From an uncultured Thermoleophilia bacterium (GTDB lineage Bacteria; Actinomycetota; Thermoleophilia; Solirubrobacterales; 70-9), in the NCBI GenBank assembly GCA_963708325.1, contig OY970203.1, positions 2,172,642 through 2,236,641 of the forward strand: DNA of 64,000 nucleotides. Direction: 5' to 3'. Positions 25,949-35,602 of the stretch are shown here, one piece after another. A program made the translations under genes and the position numbers. The notes under the pieces are model-generated. The model was given only the letters and a program-made list of their open reading frames with translations. It was not told the origin of the DNA and ran no database searches. Numbering within the stretch: the first letter of the stretch is position 1; each line of letters begins with the position of its first letter.

Positions 25949-28000
25949 TCAGTACTCGATCGAGAAGCGGACCAGGTCCGCGCGGGCGCGGAAGCCGCCC
26001 CCGGCCGTGGCCCTGACCCGGTAGCGGACCTCGCCGCCGGGGGAGACGAAGTCGGTCGGGGAGGTCGCGTTCGACCAGCTGCTGGCGCGGTCGCTCGTCA
26101 CGCCGGTCCGCGGGCCGTCCACACCGACCCAGGAGCCGGTCGCCCAGTTGTAGACGCTGAGCGACACAGCGGCGCTGCTGCGCGTCGCGCTGCCCTCGTA
26201 GTCGATCGTCAGCTTGCGCAGCGAGCTGCGCTCGGCCGCGCCGATCGACGTGGACGCGTAGAAGTCCGACACGTAGCTGTGGCCGGTTCTCGCCGTGGAG
26301 ATCTCGAGCCTGAAGTCGTCGCTCGCGAACAGCCGCGAGGTGTCGCCGCGGCGGCGGTACACGTTCCCCGAGAGGATCGTGTAGGAGGTCGGCTGGAAGC
26401 TCTTCGTGGCCACCCGCGCCACCACCGGAGCCGACGGAGTCGCCTCGGCGCTGGCCGACGGCCCGCTCTCGTTGCCGGCGCTGTCGTAGGCCGTCACCCG
26501 GTAGCGGTAGGCAGTACCGTTGGAGACACCGCTGTCCACGTCGGACGGGGACGCGGTCGAGGCGCTCGGCGCAGTCGGCCACGAGCCGTCGGCGTTCTGG
26601 CGGTAGACGCGGTAGCCGGCCAGGTCGGACTCGCCGTTGGCGCTCCACGCCAGGCTGACCTTGGCGTCGCCCGCCGTGGCGCTGAGCCCGCCGGGCGCCG
26701 CCGGAGCGGTCGTGTCCGCGGGGGGCGGTGCCGGAGCGGGGTCGGGGGCTGGCGCGGGGTCCGGGGCCGGCGCGGGGTCGGGGGCTGGGGCGGGGTCGGG
26801 GGCCGGGGCGGGGTCGGGCGGCGGCGGGGCCTTCAGGACGGCGCCCTGCATCGCTCCCAGCGTGACCGAGCTGACCTGCTGGCCGGCCACGTTCGTGTAG
26901 GTGTCGCCGAGCGAGACCGTCTTGCTTGTCGCGCCGGGCTCGTTGACGAGGACGATGCCGCCGTCGAAGTCACGCCGGATCAGGCCGCTCCAGGTGTAGC
27001 GCGCGCCCTTGGCAGAGCCGAGATTGACGTCGTAGCCGCCCCACCAGTCGGTCGGCGTGCCGCCCGGGTTGGTGCCGAGGGCGTCGTTGCCGTTGGACGT
27101 GAGCAGGTAGGAGGCGAGGTTGTATTCGCGCTCCGCGGCGGTGTCCTCGGCCGAGTTGTTGTTGGCGTCGTAGATGGCGCCGACGCCCTGGGCGTGGAGC
27201 CAGTCCACGTGGGCGAGGAAGGTCTCATAGCCGTAGGTTCCCGAGCCGCCGGTGATCCCGGTGTCGCCGACGCCGCGCTCGAGGTCGATGTAGTTCGCGG
27301 CGCGCAGCTCGCGCTGGATGTAGGGGTCCGAGTGCCCGAAGAACCACTGGGCGTTGTGGATGATCTCGATATTCGGGAACGCCGCCCGGATCTGCTCGGT
27401 GAACTCGGCCATGTAGCGGCGCCAGTCGGACAGCGTCATCGTCTGGCCGGTGCGGGGGTCCTGGGGCGCGACCCGCTGACCGCTGCCGTTGCCCACCGCC
27501 AGGTCGCCGGGGTTGACGTCGTCGACGAACAGGCCCTTGTACCCGGCGGAGAGCTGGCTGCGGGCCTGGTCGATCCAGTACTGGCGGAAGGCGGGGTTGC
27601 CGACGTCGCCCGCGTATTGCGGGCAGGTGCCGCCGGAGCAGCCCCAGGGGATGTACATCTTGTTGCCGCTCGCGTCGCGCAGGATCCACTCCGGGTGCGA
27701 TCCGGCGAGCCCGTCCGCGTTGTTGGTGTAGATCGCGTAGAGGTCCTTGTAGGTCCAGGCGTTCGCGAACCAGGACAGTCGCGAGTCGAAGTAGGGGGAG
27801 TAGGTCCGCATCCGCCAGTAGTGGTCGTTCATCCACTGCTTCTGGGCGGACGTCGGGTTGGACGTGAACACGTCGAAGTCGGATGCGGCCGCCTTGGCAA
27901 ACCGCACCGTCCCCTCGCTGGAGGCATTGGCGGTCGCTGGGGCGACTGTCAGGGAAAGGGTGGACGCCACGACGATGATGCCTGCGAGCAGGCGTCGCAT
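25949..28000 (-). CDS. Secreted glycoside-hydrolase-like TIM-barrel protein with Pro/Ala/Asp linker, FN3 domain and C-terminal beta domain
   Basis: 683 aa. Signal peptide MRRLLAGIIVVASTLSLTVAPATANA, a (PDPAPA)n linker, and an FN3-like segment LSATAGDAKVSLAWS...YRVYRQ...YRYRVTAYDSAGNES. The hydrolase family is not determinable by eye. Confidence 0.6.
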   Translation of the reverse strand: MRRLLAGIIVVASTLSLTVAPATANASSEGTVRFAKAAASDFDVFTSNPTSAQKQWMNDHYWRMRTYSPYFDSRLSWFANAWTYKDLYAIYTNNADGLAGSHPEWILRDASGNKMYIPWGCSGGTCPQYAGDVGNPAFRQYWIDQARSQLSAGYKGLFVDDVNPGDLAVGNGSGQRVAPQDPRTGQTMTLSDWRRYMAEFTEQIRAAFPNIEIIHNAQWFFGHSDPYIQRELRAANYIDLERGVGDTGITGGSGTYGYETFLAHVDWLHAQGVGAIYDANNNSAEDTAAEREYNLASYLLTSNGNDALGTNPGGTPTDWWGGYDVNLGSAKGARYTWSGLIRRDFDGGIVLVNEPGATSKTVSLGDTYTNVAGQQVSSVTLGAMQGAVLKAPPPPDPAPAPDPAPAPDPAPAPDPAPAPDPAPAPPPADTTAPAAPGGLSATAGDAKVSLAWSANGESDLAGYRVYRQNADGSWPTAPSASTASPSDVDSGVSNGTAYRYRVTAYDSAGNESGPSASAEATPSAPVVARVATKSFQPTSYTILSGNVYRRRGDTSRLFASDDFRLEISTARTGHSYVSDFYASTSIGAAERSSLRKLTIDYEGSATRSSAAVSLSVYNWATGSWVGVDGPRTGVTSDRASSWSNATSPTDFVSPGGEVRYRVRATAGGGFRARADLVRFSIEY
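26728..26828 (-). repeat. In-frame 18-bp tandem repeat encoding (PDPAPA)x5
   Basis: GGGGTCGGGGGCYGGSGC-type units are repeated head to tail and translate to PPPPDPAPAPDPAPAPDPAPAPDPAPAPDPAPAPPP. Confidence 0.85.
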
Positions 28001-28167
28001 TTCTCACTCTCCTTCCGCAGCCCGGCTGTCTGCGTGAGACCCGTGGCTTTGCGTCCCCGCCTCGCGGCGGGTTTGCCTTTATGGGGAGAGCGGTGCGCCC
28101 TCCACAGCGACTCGTCGGCCGCCCCGTAGAGCGCCGAGAGAAAAGCCGGTGAGGATGGACGCCTGTG

Positions 28168-28431
28168 CTATTCGACCATCGGCGGCGAGCCCGCGCCGCC
28201 ACCGGAACCGCCGTCGCCGCGGCGCCGCTCGCGCTCCAGCGTGATCGCGCGGATCGAGTGCTCGTCGGGCAGCTTGGCCAACACCTCGTGGATCACCGCG
28301 AGCAGGTCGCCCTCCTCGTGGCCGTAGTCGTCGAGCAGGGAGTGCAGCGCGGTGTGGGTCACCTTGAGCTGCGCGGGGGTCAGCTCGAGGTGGAAGTTGA
28401 TCTCGGCGCCTGCGCCGCTCTCGTCGCTCAT
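28168..28431 (-). CDS. Small acidic hypothetical protein
   Basis: 87 aa, 51 nt downstream of WS/DGAT on the same strand, with protein-like composition (LELTPAQLKVTHTALHSLLDDYGHEEGDLLAVIHEVL). Confidence 0.5.
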   Translation of the reverse strand: MSDESGAGAEINFHLELTPAQLKVTHTALHSLLDDYGHEEGDLLAVIHEVLAKLPDEHSIRAITLERERRRGDGGSGGGAGSPPMVE

Positions 28432-28482
28432 CTGCCTGGCCTGGCCGCCGCGGGCGGCGCCGTCAATGGTAGGCGCTCGCGC

Positions 28483-29907
28483 TCACGTCTTCGCGGGCTC
28501 GGGCTCGGCCGCGCGCTCGCGCGCTGCGTCGAGCAGCTCCGCGATCGCGTCGGAGAGGGCCGCCGCGATGACGTCGACGTCCTCCATCGCGTCGTAGTCG
28601 GCGAGCAGGCCGAAGTCCATGCCGCCGTTGTAGCTCATGATCGCGATCGCGAGAGCGTGCTTCTGCGGCAGAAACGCCACCGGGAACACGTCCTCGAGCT
28701 CGCGGCCGAGCAGGTACAGCGGGATCTGCGGGCCGGGAACGTTGGTGACGATCAGGTTGAACAGCCGCGTCGAGAAGTTGATCCGCGAGGCCTGGGCGAG
28801 CAGCGTGGGCGGCGCGAAGTCGTTGAAGCGGCTGATCACCTCGGCGCCCAGCGCCTGCTTGGATTGCTTGAGCCCATCCATCGCCCGGCGAACGATCTCC
28901 AGCCGCCGTACCGGATCCTCGACGTAGAGGGGGAGCGGGCCGCGCATGGCGGCGATGCGGTTGCCCAGCTCGCCCCGCTCGTCGGCGGCGCGAATGCTGA
29001 CCGGGACCAGCGCCCGCAGCTCCAGCCCCTCCGTGCGCACTCCCCGGCCCTGCAGCCAGCGACGCAGCGCGGCGGTGACAACCGCGAGCACGACGTCGTT
29101 GACCGTGCCGCCGAGCGCGTCCTTGATCCGCTTGAAGTCGGCCAGCTCGGAGCGCACCCAGACGAAGCGGCGGTGCGGCCCGATCTCCACGTTGAGGGGG
29201 ACGTCCGGCGCCGGGTCCGCGAAGGCCCAGGCGACCTCGCCGACCGCCTCGACGGCGTCGGCGACGCGCCGAGCCGCGGGACGGGGGTGCTCGACGGCGT
29301 CGCCGAGCTGGCGTGCCAGCCGCCAGGGCGTCGTCGCCGCGTCGCGGATCCCGCGCGCCACCAGCTCCGCCGCCGACGGCTCCGGTTGCGGGATCCAGTC
29401 GTGCTCGGGCTCGGCGGGCTCGGGCACCGGCTCGACGTCGAACAGGACGGTGGAGATGTCCACGCCGGAGACCCCGTCGACGACCGCGTGATGGGTCTTC
29501 GAGACCAGCGCGAACCGCCGGCGCTCGAGCCCCTGGAGCAGCCACAGCTCCCAAAGCGGCTTGGAGCGGTCCAGCTGCTGCGAGTACACGCGCGACGCCA
29601 TCCGCCTCAGCTGCTCCTCCGAGCCCGGCGCGGGCAGGGCCGAGTGGCGGATGTGGTACTCGAGGTTGAAGTTCGGGTCGTCAACCCAGAGCGGCCGTCC
29701 CGCCTCCAGCGGCGGGAAGGCGAGCTTCTGGCGAAACCGGGGTACGCGCTCCAGCCGCGACTCGACGTGGGCGAGGAGGTCCGCGTAGTCGGGGGGCGGG
29801 CCCTCGAAGACGAGCACGGCGCCGACGTGCATGTGACTGGCCGACGTCTCCTGCGTCAGGAACGAGGCGTCGACCGAGCTGAGCCGGTCCGATGTCTGCT
29901 GCGCCAT
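28483..29907 (-). CDS. Wax ester synthase / diacylglycerol O-acyltransferase (WS/DGAT)
   Basis: 474 aa. Catalytic HHxxxDG motif in [13 protein letters not shown]-terminal LSSVDASFL, and typical length. Confidence 0.85.
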   Translation of the reverse strand: MAQQTSDRLSSVDASFLTQETSASHMHVGAVLVFEGPPPDYADLLAHVESRLERVPRFRQKLAFPPLEAGRPLWVDDPNFNLEYHIRHSALPAPGSEEQLRRMASRVYSQQLDRSKPLWELWLLQGLERRRFALVSKTHHAVVDGVSGVDISTVLFDVEPVPEPAEPEHDWIPQPEPSAAELVARGIRDAATTPWRLARQLGDAVEHPRPAARRVADAVEAVGEVAWAFADPAPDVPLNVEIGPHRRFVWVRSELADFKRIKDALGGTVNDVVLAVVTAALRRWLQGRGVRTEGLELRALVPVSIRAADERGELGNRIAAMRGPLPLYVEDPVRRLEIVRRAMDGLKQSKQALGAEVISRFNDFAPPTLLAQASRINFSTRLFNLIVTNVPGPQIPLYLLGRELEDVFPVAFLPQKHALAIAIMSYNGGMDFGLLADYDAMEDVDVIAAALSDAIAELLDAARERAAEPEPAKT

Positions 29908-30007
29908 CCCCGCTCAACCCTATCGCGGCACCGGGGAGCGATCCCGCCGGGCGTGCCCAGGCAGCGTGCCCGGCGGTCCGGAGGGGACCGCTCGGTACCC
30001 TGTGGCG

Positions 30008-30958
30008 ATGCCCCCGCGGAAGGTTCTGCTGGCCGCGCCGCGCGGCTACTGCGCCGGCGTGGACCGGGCCGTGCAGACGGTCGAGCACGCTCTCGACCTC
30101 CACGGCCCGCCGATTTACGTGCGCAAGGAGATCGTCCACAACAAGCACGTGGTCGAGCAGCTCACCGACCGCGGCGCGATCTTCGTGGACCAGGAGACCG
30201 AGGTGCCCGAGGGCGAGATGGTGGTGTTCTCAGCCCACGGCGTCGCGCCCAGCGTCCACGCCAATGCCGCGGCCCGCAGCCTGCGTACGATCGACGCCAC
30301 CTGCCCGCTGGTGACGAAGGTCCACGTGGAGGCGCGCAAGTTCGCCGCCCAGGGCTACACGATCGTGCTGATCGGACACGACGGCCACGAGGAGGTCGAG
30401 GGCACCACCGGCGAGGCCCCCGGCAGCATCGTCCTCGTGCAGACCGCCGACGACGTCGACGATCTGGACGTTGCCGATCCCGACAGGGTCGCCTACATCA
30501 CCCAGACGACCCTTTCCGTCGACGAGACGACGCAGATCATCGCCCGGCTCAAGCAGCGCTTCCCCGCGATCGTCGGACCGCGCACCGACGACATCTGTTA
30601 CGCGACCACGAACCGGCAGACCGCCGTCAAGGAGCTGGCGCGCGAGTGCGAGCTCGTGCTCGTGATCGGATCGACCAACTCGTCGAACTCGAACCGCCTC
30701 GTCGAGGTCGCGCGTGAGCACGGCGCCGACTCCCACCTGATCGACAACGCCCTACAGGTGGACGAGGACTGGCTCGACGGCGTCGAGACGGTCGGCATCA
30801 CCTCAGGCGCCAGCGCCCCCGAGGAGCTGGTCGAGCGGCTGGTCGACTACTTCCGCGACCGCGGCGCGGACGACGTCTCCGAGCTGCGCGTGATCGACGA
30901 GGACGTCCGCTTCATGCTGCCGAAGGAGATCCGCACCGAGCTGGCTGCTCAGGCCTGA
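30008..30958 (+). CDS. ispH: 4-hydroxy-3-methylbut-2-enyl diphosphate reductase
   Basis: [36 protein letters not shown] and a NSSNSNRL-type motif. Start taken at ATG 30008; the track's GTG 29966 is also possible. Confidence 0.9.
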   Translation: MPPRKVLLAAPRGYCAGVDRAVQTVEHALDLHGPPIYVRKEIVHNKHVVEQLTDRGAIFVDQETEVPEGEMVVFSAHGVAPSVHANAAARSLRTIDATCPLVTKVHVEARKFAAQGYTIVLIGHDGHEEVEGTTGEAPGSIVLVQTADDVDDLDVADPDRVAYITQTTLSVDETTQIIARLKQRFPAIVGPRTDDICYATTNRQTAVKELARECELVLVIGSTNSSNSNRLVEVAREHGADSHLIDNALQVDEDWLDGVETVGITSGASAPEELVERLVDYFRDRGADDVSELRVIDEDVRFMLPKEIRTELAAQA

Positions 30959-30967
30959 GCGACTCGC

Positions 30968-32353
30968 TCAGCTTCCGAGCAGGCGGACGATCGCCCAGTC
31001 CTCCCCGGACGCGCCCTGGTCGGAGAACCCGGCGACGACGATCCGCCCGTCTGCCTGCAGGGCAACGTCACGGGCCCCCTCGTTGCCGGGGCCGAATGTG
31101 ACCAGGCGCTTGCCGTCGCCCGAGAAGCTCTGGTCGAGCCTGCCGTTCTGCATGTAGCGGGCGATCGCGGTGTCGGGGCCGGTGCCGCTCTGGCCCGACT
31201 CCCCGACCACGACGAGCCGCCCGTTCGGCTGGACCGCGAGGCCGTCGGCCTCGTCGCCGCCCGTGGCGTTGTCGAACGACTGCAGCCGCTTGCCGTCGCC
31301 CGAGAAGCTTTGGTCGAGGCTGCCGTTCTGCATGTAGCGGGCGATCGCGAAGTCGATCGCCGTCGCCCCGCCCTGCTGGGACTCGCCCGCCACCACGATC
31401 CGGCCGTCGGCCTGGATCGCGACCGCGCGGGCGTCGTCGTCGAAGGCGCCGTTGTCGAACGACTGCACGCGCTTGCCGTCCTGCGAGAACGAGTCGTCGG
31501 GCTGGCCGCTTGCCGTCAGCCGGGCGATCGCGAAGTCCTCGGGGCTGGTCGGTCTGGTGTACCCCACTACCACGATCCGCCCGTTCGACTGGAGGGCCAC
31601 GTCGTGGGCCTGGTCGTTGCCGGGGCTGAACGTGATCAGCCGCTTGCCGTCGCCCGAGAAGCTCTGGTCGAGGCTGCCGTCCGGCATGTATCGCGCCACG
31701 GCGAACTCGTGCTTCGGGTTTCCCTGGTCCGAGTAGCCGACCACCACGATTCTTCCGTCGGGCTGTATCGCCACCCCGTTTGCCACGTCGCTCCTGGACC
31801 CGTTGTTGTCGAACGACTGCAGCCGCTTGCCGTCGCCCGAGAAGCTCTGGTCGAGGCTGCCGTCGGGCATGAAACGGGCGATCGCGAAGTCCTGGCCCGA
31901 GCCGCTTTGGTCGGAGACCCCGACAACGACGATCCGCCCGTTGGGCTGGATCGCCATGTCGTTCCCGCCGTCGAAGTTGCCGTCGTTGCCGAACGACTGA
32001 AGGCGCTTGCCGTCGCCGGAGAAGCCTTGGTCGAGGCTGCCGCTCGACGCGTACCGAGCGATCGCGAAGTCCGGCCCGTTGGGGCCGGACTGGTTGGAGA
32101 AGCCGGCGGCGACGATCCGCCCGTTGGATTGGATCGCCACCGCGTTGGCGTTGTCGTCGAAGGACGGGCCCCACGGCTGCAGCCGCTTGCCGTCGCCCGA
32201 GAACGACGTGTCGAGCCCGCCGGCGGCGGCGAGGGCGCGCGTCGCAAGCAGGGCGAGGAGCAGCACGGCGACCGCGACGATCGCTGCCGGCCTGCCTGCC
32301 GATTGGGTGCCCGCCACGCCGCCGACGCTAGCGCGATGCTCGAGTCGAATCAA
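30968..32353 (-). CDS. Secreted delta-60-repeat (beta-propeller-like) protein
   Basis: 461 aa. Signal/TM segment AAIVAVAVLLLALLATRALA, then about 8 units of DGSLDQSFSGDGKRLQSF...AIQPNGRIVVVG...DFAIARY. The repeats are also visible at DNA level. Confidence 0.7.
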   Translation of the reverse strand: MIRLEHRASVGGVAGTQSAGRPAAIVAVAVLLLALLATRALAAAGGLDTSFSGDGKRLQPWGPSFDDNANAVAIQSNGRIVAAGFSNQSGPNGPDFAIARYASSGSLDQGFSGDGKRLQSFGNDGNFDGGNDMAIQPNGRIVVVGVSDQSGSGQDFAIARFMPDGSLDQSFSGDGKRLQSFDNNGSRSDVANGVAIQPDGRIVVVGYSDQGNPKHEFAVARYMPDGSLDQSFSGDGKRLITFSPGNDQAHDVALQSNGRIVVVGYTRPTSPEDFAIARLTASGQPDDSFSQDGKRVQSFDNGAFDDDARAVAIQADGRIVVAGESQQGGATAIDFAIARYMQNGSLDQSFSGDGKRLQSFDNATGGDEADGLAVQPNGRLVVVGESGQSGTGPDTAIARYMQNGRLDQSFSGDGKRLVTFGPGNEGARDVALQADGRIVVAGFSDQGASGEDWAIVRLLGS

Positions 32354-33180
32354 CCTGGCCCGGGCATCCCCGCTGCGAAGGAAATCGAGTAGACGCGCTG
32401 GCCGACTGCGGGGCGCAGCGTGAGCGCATGTCTCTCGTGGCGGTCATGCGCGGCAAGCTCGTGCAGCCCGGGGGTGAGCCGCCGCGCCGGCCGCCGCGGG
32501 CCGCCGTCGATCGAGACCAGGAGCTCGCCGTCCCCCTCCACGGCTGCGTAGACCCCGCCCGCCTCGTAGTCGACCTCGAGCGCGTCGGCATTCTCGTCCG
32601 CTGTCCATGGCTGCGCCTCGGAGCCGCCCGGAAAGATCTCCGGGCTTGGAGCGGCGACCAGGGCGCCCGGCACGTCTGTCGCGCGCAGCGGCTCCAGCGG
32701 CGGTGGCAGCTCATGCTCACCGTCGGGCTCCCCCAGCAGCTCCTGGATCGCCAGCTCGGTTCCCTCGTACTCGCCCTCGCCGAAGTGGAACCAGCGCAGC
32801 GCCCCGCCGCGCCCCCACAGGAACAGCGAGGGCCAGCCCTCGCAGCCGTAGTCGTGCCAGATCGCGTGCTCCGAGTCGCAGGCGACGGGGTAGGGGAGAC
32901 CGAGCTCGGCGACCGCGAGCTCGACGATCGCGGGGTCGGCGGTGAACGGATGTCGCGGCGAGTGCACGCCGATCGTGGCCAGGCCGAGGTCGGCGTATCG
33001 CCCGTGCCAGGCCGTCAGGTAGGGAAGCGTGCGCACGCTGTTCGCCTGGGCGAGGTCCCAGAAGTGCACGAGCACCGGGCCGGCGGCCGTCAGTCCCTCC
33101 ATGCGCGGACCGCGGCCGCCGATCCAGGCGATCCCCGGCGGCAGCTCGGGCGCGGCGATGTCGGGTCGCGGCGGGCGCAT
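32350..33180 (-). CDS. Thioredoxin-fold (DipZ C-terminal-like) protein lacking the CxxC motif
   Basis: 276 aa. PVLVHFWDLAQANSVRTLPYLTAWHGRYADLGLATIGVHSP...YPVACD...WPSLFLW...FGEGEY parallels the DipZ-type thioredoxin-like domain, but the CxxC position reads AQAN. Confidence 0.6.
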   Translation of the reverse strand: MRPPRPDIAAPELPPGIAWIGGRGPRMEGLTAAGPVLVHFWDLAQANSVRTLPYLTAWHGRYADLGLATIGVHSPRHPFTADPAIVELAVAELGLPYPVACDSEHAIWHDYGCEGWPSLFLWGRGGALRWFHFGEGEYEGTELAIQELLGEPDGEHELPPPLEPLRATDVPGALVAAPSPEIFPGGSEAQPWTADENADALEVDYEAGGVYAAVEGDGELLVSIDGGPRRPARRLTPGLHELAAHDRHERHALTLRPAVGQRVYSISFAAGMPGPG

Positions 33181-33243
33181 CGGCGGCAGGGGCAGAGGTT
33201 ATGCTGCCCGTTCGCTGTGCCAACGACCGGGGAGGAGACGCCC

Positions 33244-33852
33244 TTGAACCTGTTCGACCGGATCGAGGAAGCGCGGGCGCGCTGGAACGTGCTCGAGCAC
33301 CCGTTCTACGTGCGCTGGTCTGCCGGAGAGCTCTCGCCGGAGGAGCTCGCCCGCTACGCGGGCCAGTATCGCCATGCCGTCGAGGCGATCGCCGCGATCA
33401 GCGCCCGCGCCGCCCAGGACGCGCCTCCGCCGGCCAGCGACGAGGTCCGCCGTCACGCCGCCGAGGAGGCCGCCCACGTGCCCGTCTGGGACGGCTTCGT
33501 GGCCGCGGTCGGGGGCAGCGTCGACGCTGCGCCGACGGAGGAGACCGCGGAGTGCGTCGCCGCCTGGACCGCCGAGGACGGCCTGCTTCCGACGCTCGCC
33601 CGCCTCTACGCGATCGAGAGCGGTCAGCCCGGCATCTCGGCGACCAAGCGCGCCGGCCTGCGCGACCACTACGGCGTCTCCGACGGCTCCGGCACCGAAT
33701 ACTTCCGGGTGCACGAGGGCGCCGACGAGGCCCATGCCGCGCAGTCACGGCGGCTGATCTCCGAGCTGGCGGAGCCGGCGGACGAGGATCGCCTGGTGGC
33801 CGCGGCGGAGTCGGCTTTCCGCGCCAACTGGCGCCTGCTCGACGGCGTCTGA
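33244..33852 (+). CDS. TenA/PqqC-like (haem-oxygenase-fold) iron-containing redox enzyme family protein
   Basis: The TTG at 33244 is preceded by GGGGAGGAG. WNVLEHPFYVRWSAGELSPEELARYAGQYRHAV is typical of the family. The track ORF from 32428 is an antisense extension. Confidence 0.6.
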   Translation: MNLFDRIEEARARWNVLEHPFYVRWSAGELSPEELARYAGQYRHAVEAIAAISARAAQDAPPPASDEVRRHAAEEAAHVPVWDGFVAAVGGSVDAAPTEETAECVAAWTAEDGLLPTLARLYAIESGQPGISATKRAGLRDHYGVSDGSGTEYFRVHEGADEAHAAQSRRLISELAEPADEDRLVAAAESAFRANWRLLDGV

Positions 33853-33863
33853 TCCGCGAGCAT

Positions 33864-34298
33864 ATGCCGGTGCGCCCGCGCCGGGACCTCGTGATCGGAA
33901 TCGTCGCGGGGGTGGCGCTGGGGGTCGGCGCCGTGGTCCTTTTCCTGTTCCTGGAGAGCCGCAGCGCGATCGACGAGCCGGCGGTCTCCGGCCGGTCCGC
34001 CGCGGCGCGAGGCTCCGCGCCGCCCGGCCCGCGCCGGGCGCCGATCACGACGGTGCGCGTGAAGGGCGGCGGGCCGGCGGGCAGGATCCCCGAGATCCAC
34101 GCCCGCCGGGGCAGGCGCGTCCGCTTCCGGGTGACCTCGGAGTCGGCGGTGACGATCGCCGTCCCGGGCCTGCGCGGGGGCGGCGACGTGCCCGCCGGGG
34201 GCAGCCGCGTGTTCGTGTTCGTGCCGCGCAAGCCAGGCGAGTTCCCGGTGCTTGTTGCCGCCTCGCACATCGGCGTCGCGCGCCTGATCGTTCGATGA
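33864..34298 (+). CDS. Membrane-anchored hypothetical protein (beta-sandwich-like)
   Basis: 144 aa from the ATG at 33864, with TM helix LVIGIVAGVALGVGAVVLFLFL. No metal-ligand motif seen. Confidence 0.5.
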   Translation: MPVRPRRDLVIGIVAGVALGVGAVVLFLFLESRSAIDEPAVSGRSAAARGSAPPGPRRAPITTVRVKGGGPAGRIPEIHARRGRRVRFRVTSESAVTIAVPGLRGGGDVPAGGSRVFVFVPRKPGEFPVLVAASHIGVARLIVR

Positions 34299-34362
34299 GG
34301 GCCCCTGGCGACCCGCATCGCCCCCGCCTGCCTGACGCCGAGCCGCTTCCGCGGCGGCGCCG

Positions 34363-35547
34363 CTACCCGTATGCCTCCCAGATTACGTGGTGGCCGAGCA
34401 GCCGGGTGACCGTCACGCAGCGGTAGCCGCGCCGGCGCAGGTTGGCGAGGATGCGGGGCAGCGCCGCCGCCGTCTCGTCGCGGGGGCCGCCGCCGTCGTG
34501 CATGATCACGATCGATCCCGGCCTGACGTTGCCGACCACGCGGCTGTAGATCGCGCTCGAGCCGGGCAGGGCCCAGTCCTGCGGATCGACGTCCCAGTAG
34601 ATCGTGTGCATCCCCAACCGCCACGCGCGCATGATCAGACCGCCGTTGACGGCGCCGTAGGGCGGCCGGAACTCGCACGGCCGAAAGCCCGTGACGGCGT
34701 GGATGCGGGCGCTGGTGGCGGCCAGGTCGGAGGAGGACGGGTATGCGGAGTGGTGCATCGAGTGGTTGCCGATCTCGCTCCCCGAGCGCAGGATCCTGCG
34801 CATCACGGCGCTGTCTCCGGGGACGTTCTCACCGACCTCGAAGAAGGTGGATCGGGCGCCGTAGCGATTCAGCGAATGCAGGATGGAGGACGTGTAGCTG
34901 CTCGGACCGTCGTCGAACGTGAGTGCGACCAGCTTGCGCGTACGGGGACCGTGGTAACGGAAGGGGGCGCCGCCGGTCGTGCATCCGGCCGGGCGTACCC
35001 GGCGGAGCTGGAAGCTCGCCATCGCCTCGCCGTTCGGATAGCGATCGTCGCAGGGCAGCGGGGGAGAGGCCGCGGCAGCTCGGCCGGCGGAGCGCGCGAC
35101 CGGCGGACACTCGGGACCGCGCCAGTGGCTGAGCAGGCGCCAGCGGATCGCTCCGGGTCGCATCCCCGCATCGGCCGGGTCGAAGCGCAGCTCCGCCGCG
35201 CTCTCCGACGGGCGGGCGATGGCCGCTGCGACCTTCCGCTTCGCCAGCACGCTCCCGTCCGCAGCCAGCCGCTCGTAGCCGAGCAGGACGCGGCGGTGGG
35301 AAACCGGCCCGCCGATGCACAGCCGCGCCAGGTCGGTCTGCGGACCGCGGTACCTGAGGCACAGCTGGCGCTCGTCGGCCGCCGGGAACCGCTGCAGCTC
35401 GTCCGGGCTCCACGCACCGCGCGTACGCAGGTACAGGACGAGCCGCGGCGGCTCCTGGCGCAGGTCGATCGCGGCGATGTCCAGGGGCCCCGACGCGTCG
35501 ACCGGGTCGGATCGAACGGTTGCCCCGCCGGATGCGTTGGCGGCCAA
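34363..35547 (-). CDS. Polysaccharide deacetylase (NodB/CE4) with N-terminal extra domain
   Basis: NodB motifs LTFDDGP, GNHSMHH, FRPPYG and IVIMHDGG. Confidence 0.8.
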   Translation of the reverse strand: MAANASGGATVRSDPVDASGPLDIAAIDLRQEPPRLVLYLRTRGAWSPDELQRFPAADERQLCLRYRGPQTDLARLCIGGPVSHRRVLLGYERLAADGSVLAKRKVAAAIARPSESAAELRFDPADAGMRPGAIRWRLLSHWRGPECPPVARSAGRAAAASPPLPCDDRYPNGEAMASFQLRRVRPAGCTTGGAPFRYHGPRTRKLVALTFDDGPSSYTSSILHSLNRYGARSTFFEVGENVPGDSAVMRRILRSGSEIGNHSMHHSAYPSSSDLAATSARIHAVTGFRPCEFRPPYGAVNGGLIMRAWRLGMHTIYWDVDPQDWALPGSSAIYSRVVGNVRPGSIVIMHDGGGPRDETAAALPRILANLRRRGYRCVTVTRLLGHHVIWEAYG

Positions 35548-35602
35548 CCCGGCGCAGACGCGATCGTCAGCGCCGCGCAGAGCGCCCTGGCGGACCTCGC
35601 CG

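Noticed and set aside
26728-26828. Short regular repeats that could suggest a CRISPR array
   Set aside because: The 18-bp units are directly adjacent with no spacers, and they are in frame within a long ORF, encoding a Pro/Asp/Ala linker.
28056-28080. Hairpin CCCGCC-TCGC-GGCGGG followed by TTTGCCTTT
   Set aside because: The T-tract is on the forward strand, where no gene ends upstream. It lies in the 5' leader of the reverse-strand hydrolase-like gene, so a terminator role is unsupported.
25931-30717. 732-aa and 850-aa forward ORFs (25931-28129 and 28165-30717)
   Set aside because: They are antisense to the secreted hydrolase-like gene and to WS/DGAT, and partly off-frame to ispH. They are high-GC stop-codon-free artefacts.
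32428-33243. N-terminal 272 codons of the 474-aa forward ORF 32428-33852
   Set aside because: This part is antisense to the thioredoxin-fold gene and has an Arg/Pro-rich composition. The protein-like sequence and a GGGGAGGAG RBS begin only at the TTG at 33244.
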